Source of the DNA: Dipteris shenzhenensis
Lineage: Eukaryota
Length of the DNA: 64,000 bases
NCBI GenBank assembly: GCA_047967505.1
Contig: CM106538.1
Strand: one strand, 5' to 3'
Shown here: piece after piece, positions 63,938-64,000 of the stretch
Layout of the letters: each line of letters opens with the position of its first letter
How positions within the stretch are numbered: the stretch's first letter is position 1
Position numbers and translations under genes: made by a program
The notes under the pieces: model-generated
Database searches by the model: none
What the model was told of the DNA's origin: nothing
The model's input: the letters and a program-made list of their open reading frames with translations, nothing else

Positions 63938-64000
63938 CTGTGCAAACAGGTCACACCCCATAGGAATGTCGTAAGTTTTTAGCGATCGATCGACACAGGA

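Overview
Eukaryotic land-plant genomic DNA dominated by nested transposable elements. Long TE-filled introns and the TE mix suggest a fern or other non-seed plant, which is inference only. Only two host genes are visible, both on the minus strand: an exon of a proline-iminopeptidase-like alpha/beta hydrolase (3775-3950, gene continuing off the left edge) and the last exon of a COBRA-like gene (63645-63937). The most informative region is 41.6-62.2 kb, where a ~0.84-kb MITE has been inflated to ~20.5 kb by insertions. It contains a TRIM-like LTR element, which holds a young Copia element of the same LTR family. That Copia carries an open, intronless, antisense TOM1-like (VHS+GAT) host-gene fragment next to an ABRE-like motif array. 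The MITE also contains an 11-kb Sola2-like DNA transposon (29-bp TIRs, AGAG TSD) with a spliced transposase, a ~187-bp satellite partly replaced by telomeric repeats, and a subterminal array of 18-bp palindromes. Elsewhere are an internally deleted L1 LINE with an in-frame ORF1/ORF2 fusion, a gag-only LTR element with a micro-inversion, a small MITE with an 8-bp TSD, and several decayed Copia, Gypsy, CACTA and LINE remnants. All family assignments rest on motif recognition by eye; no searches were run.
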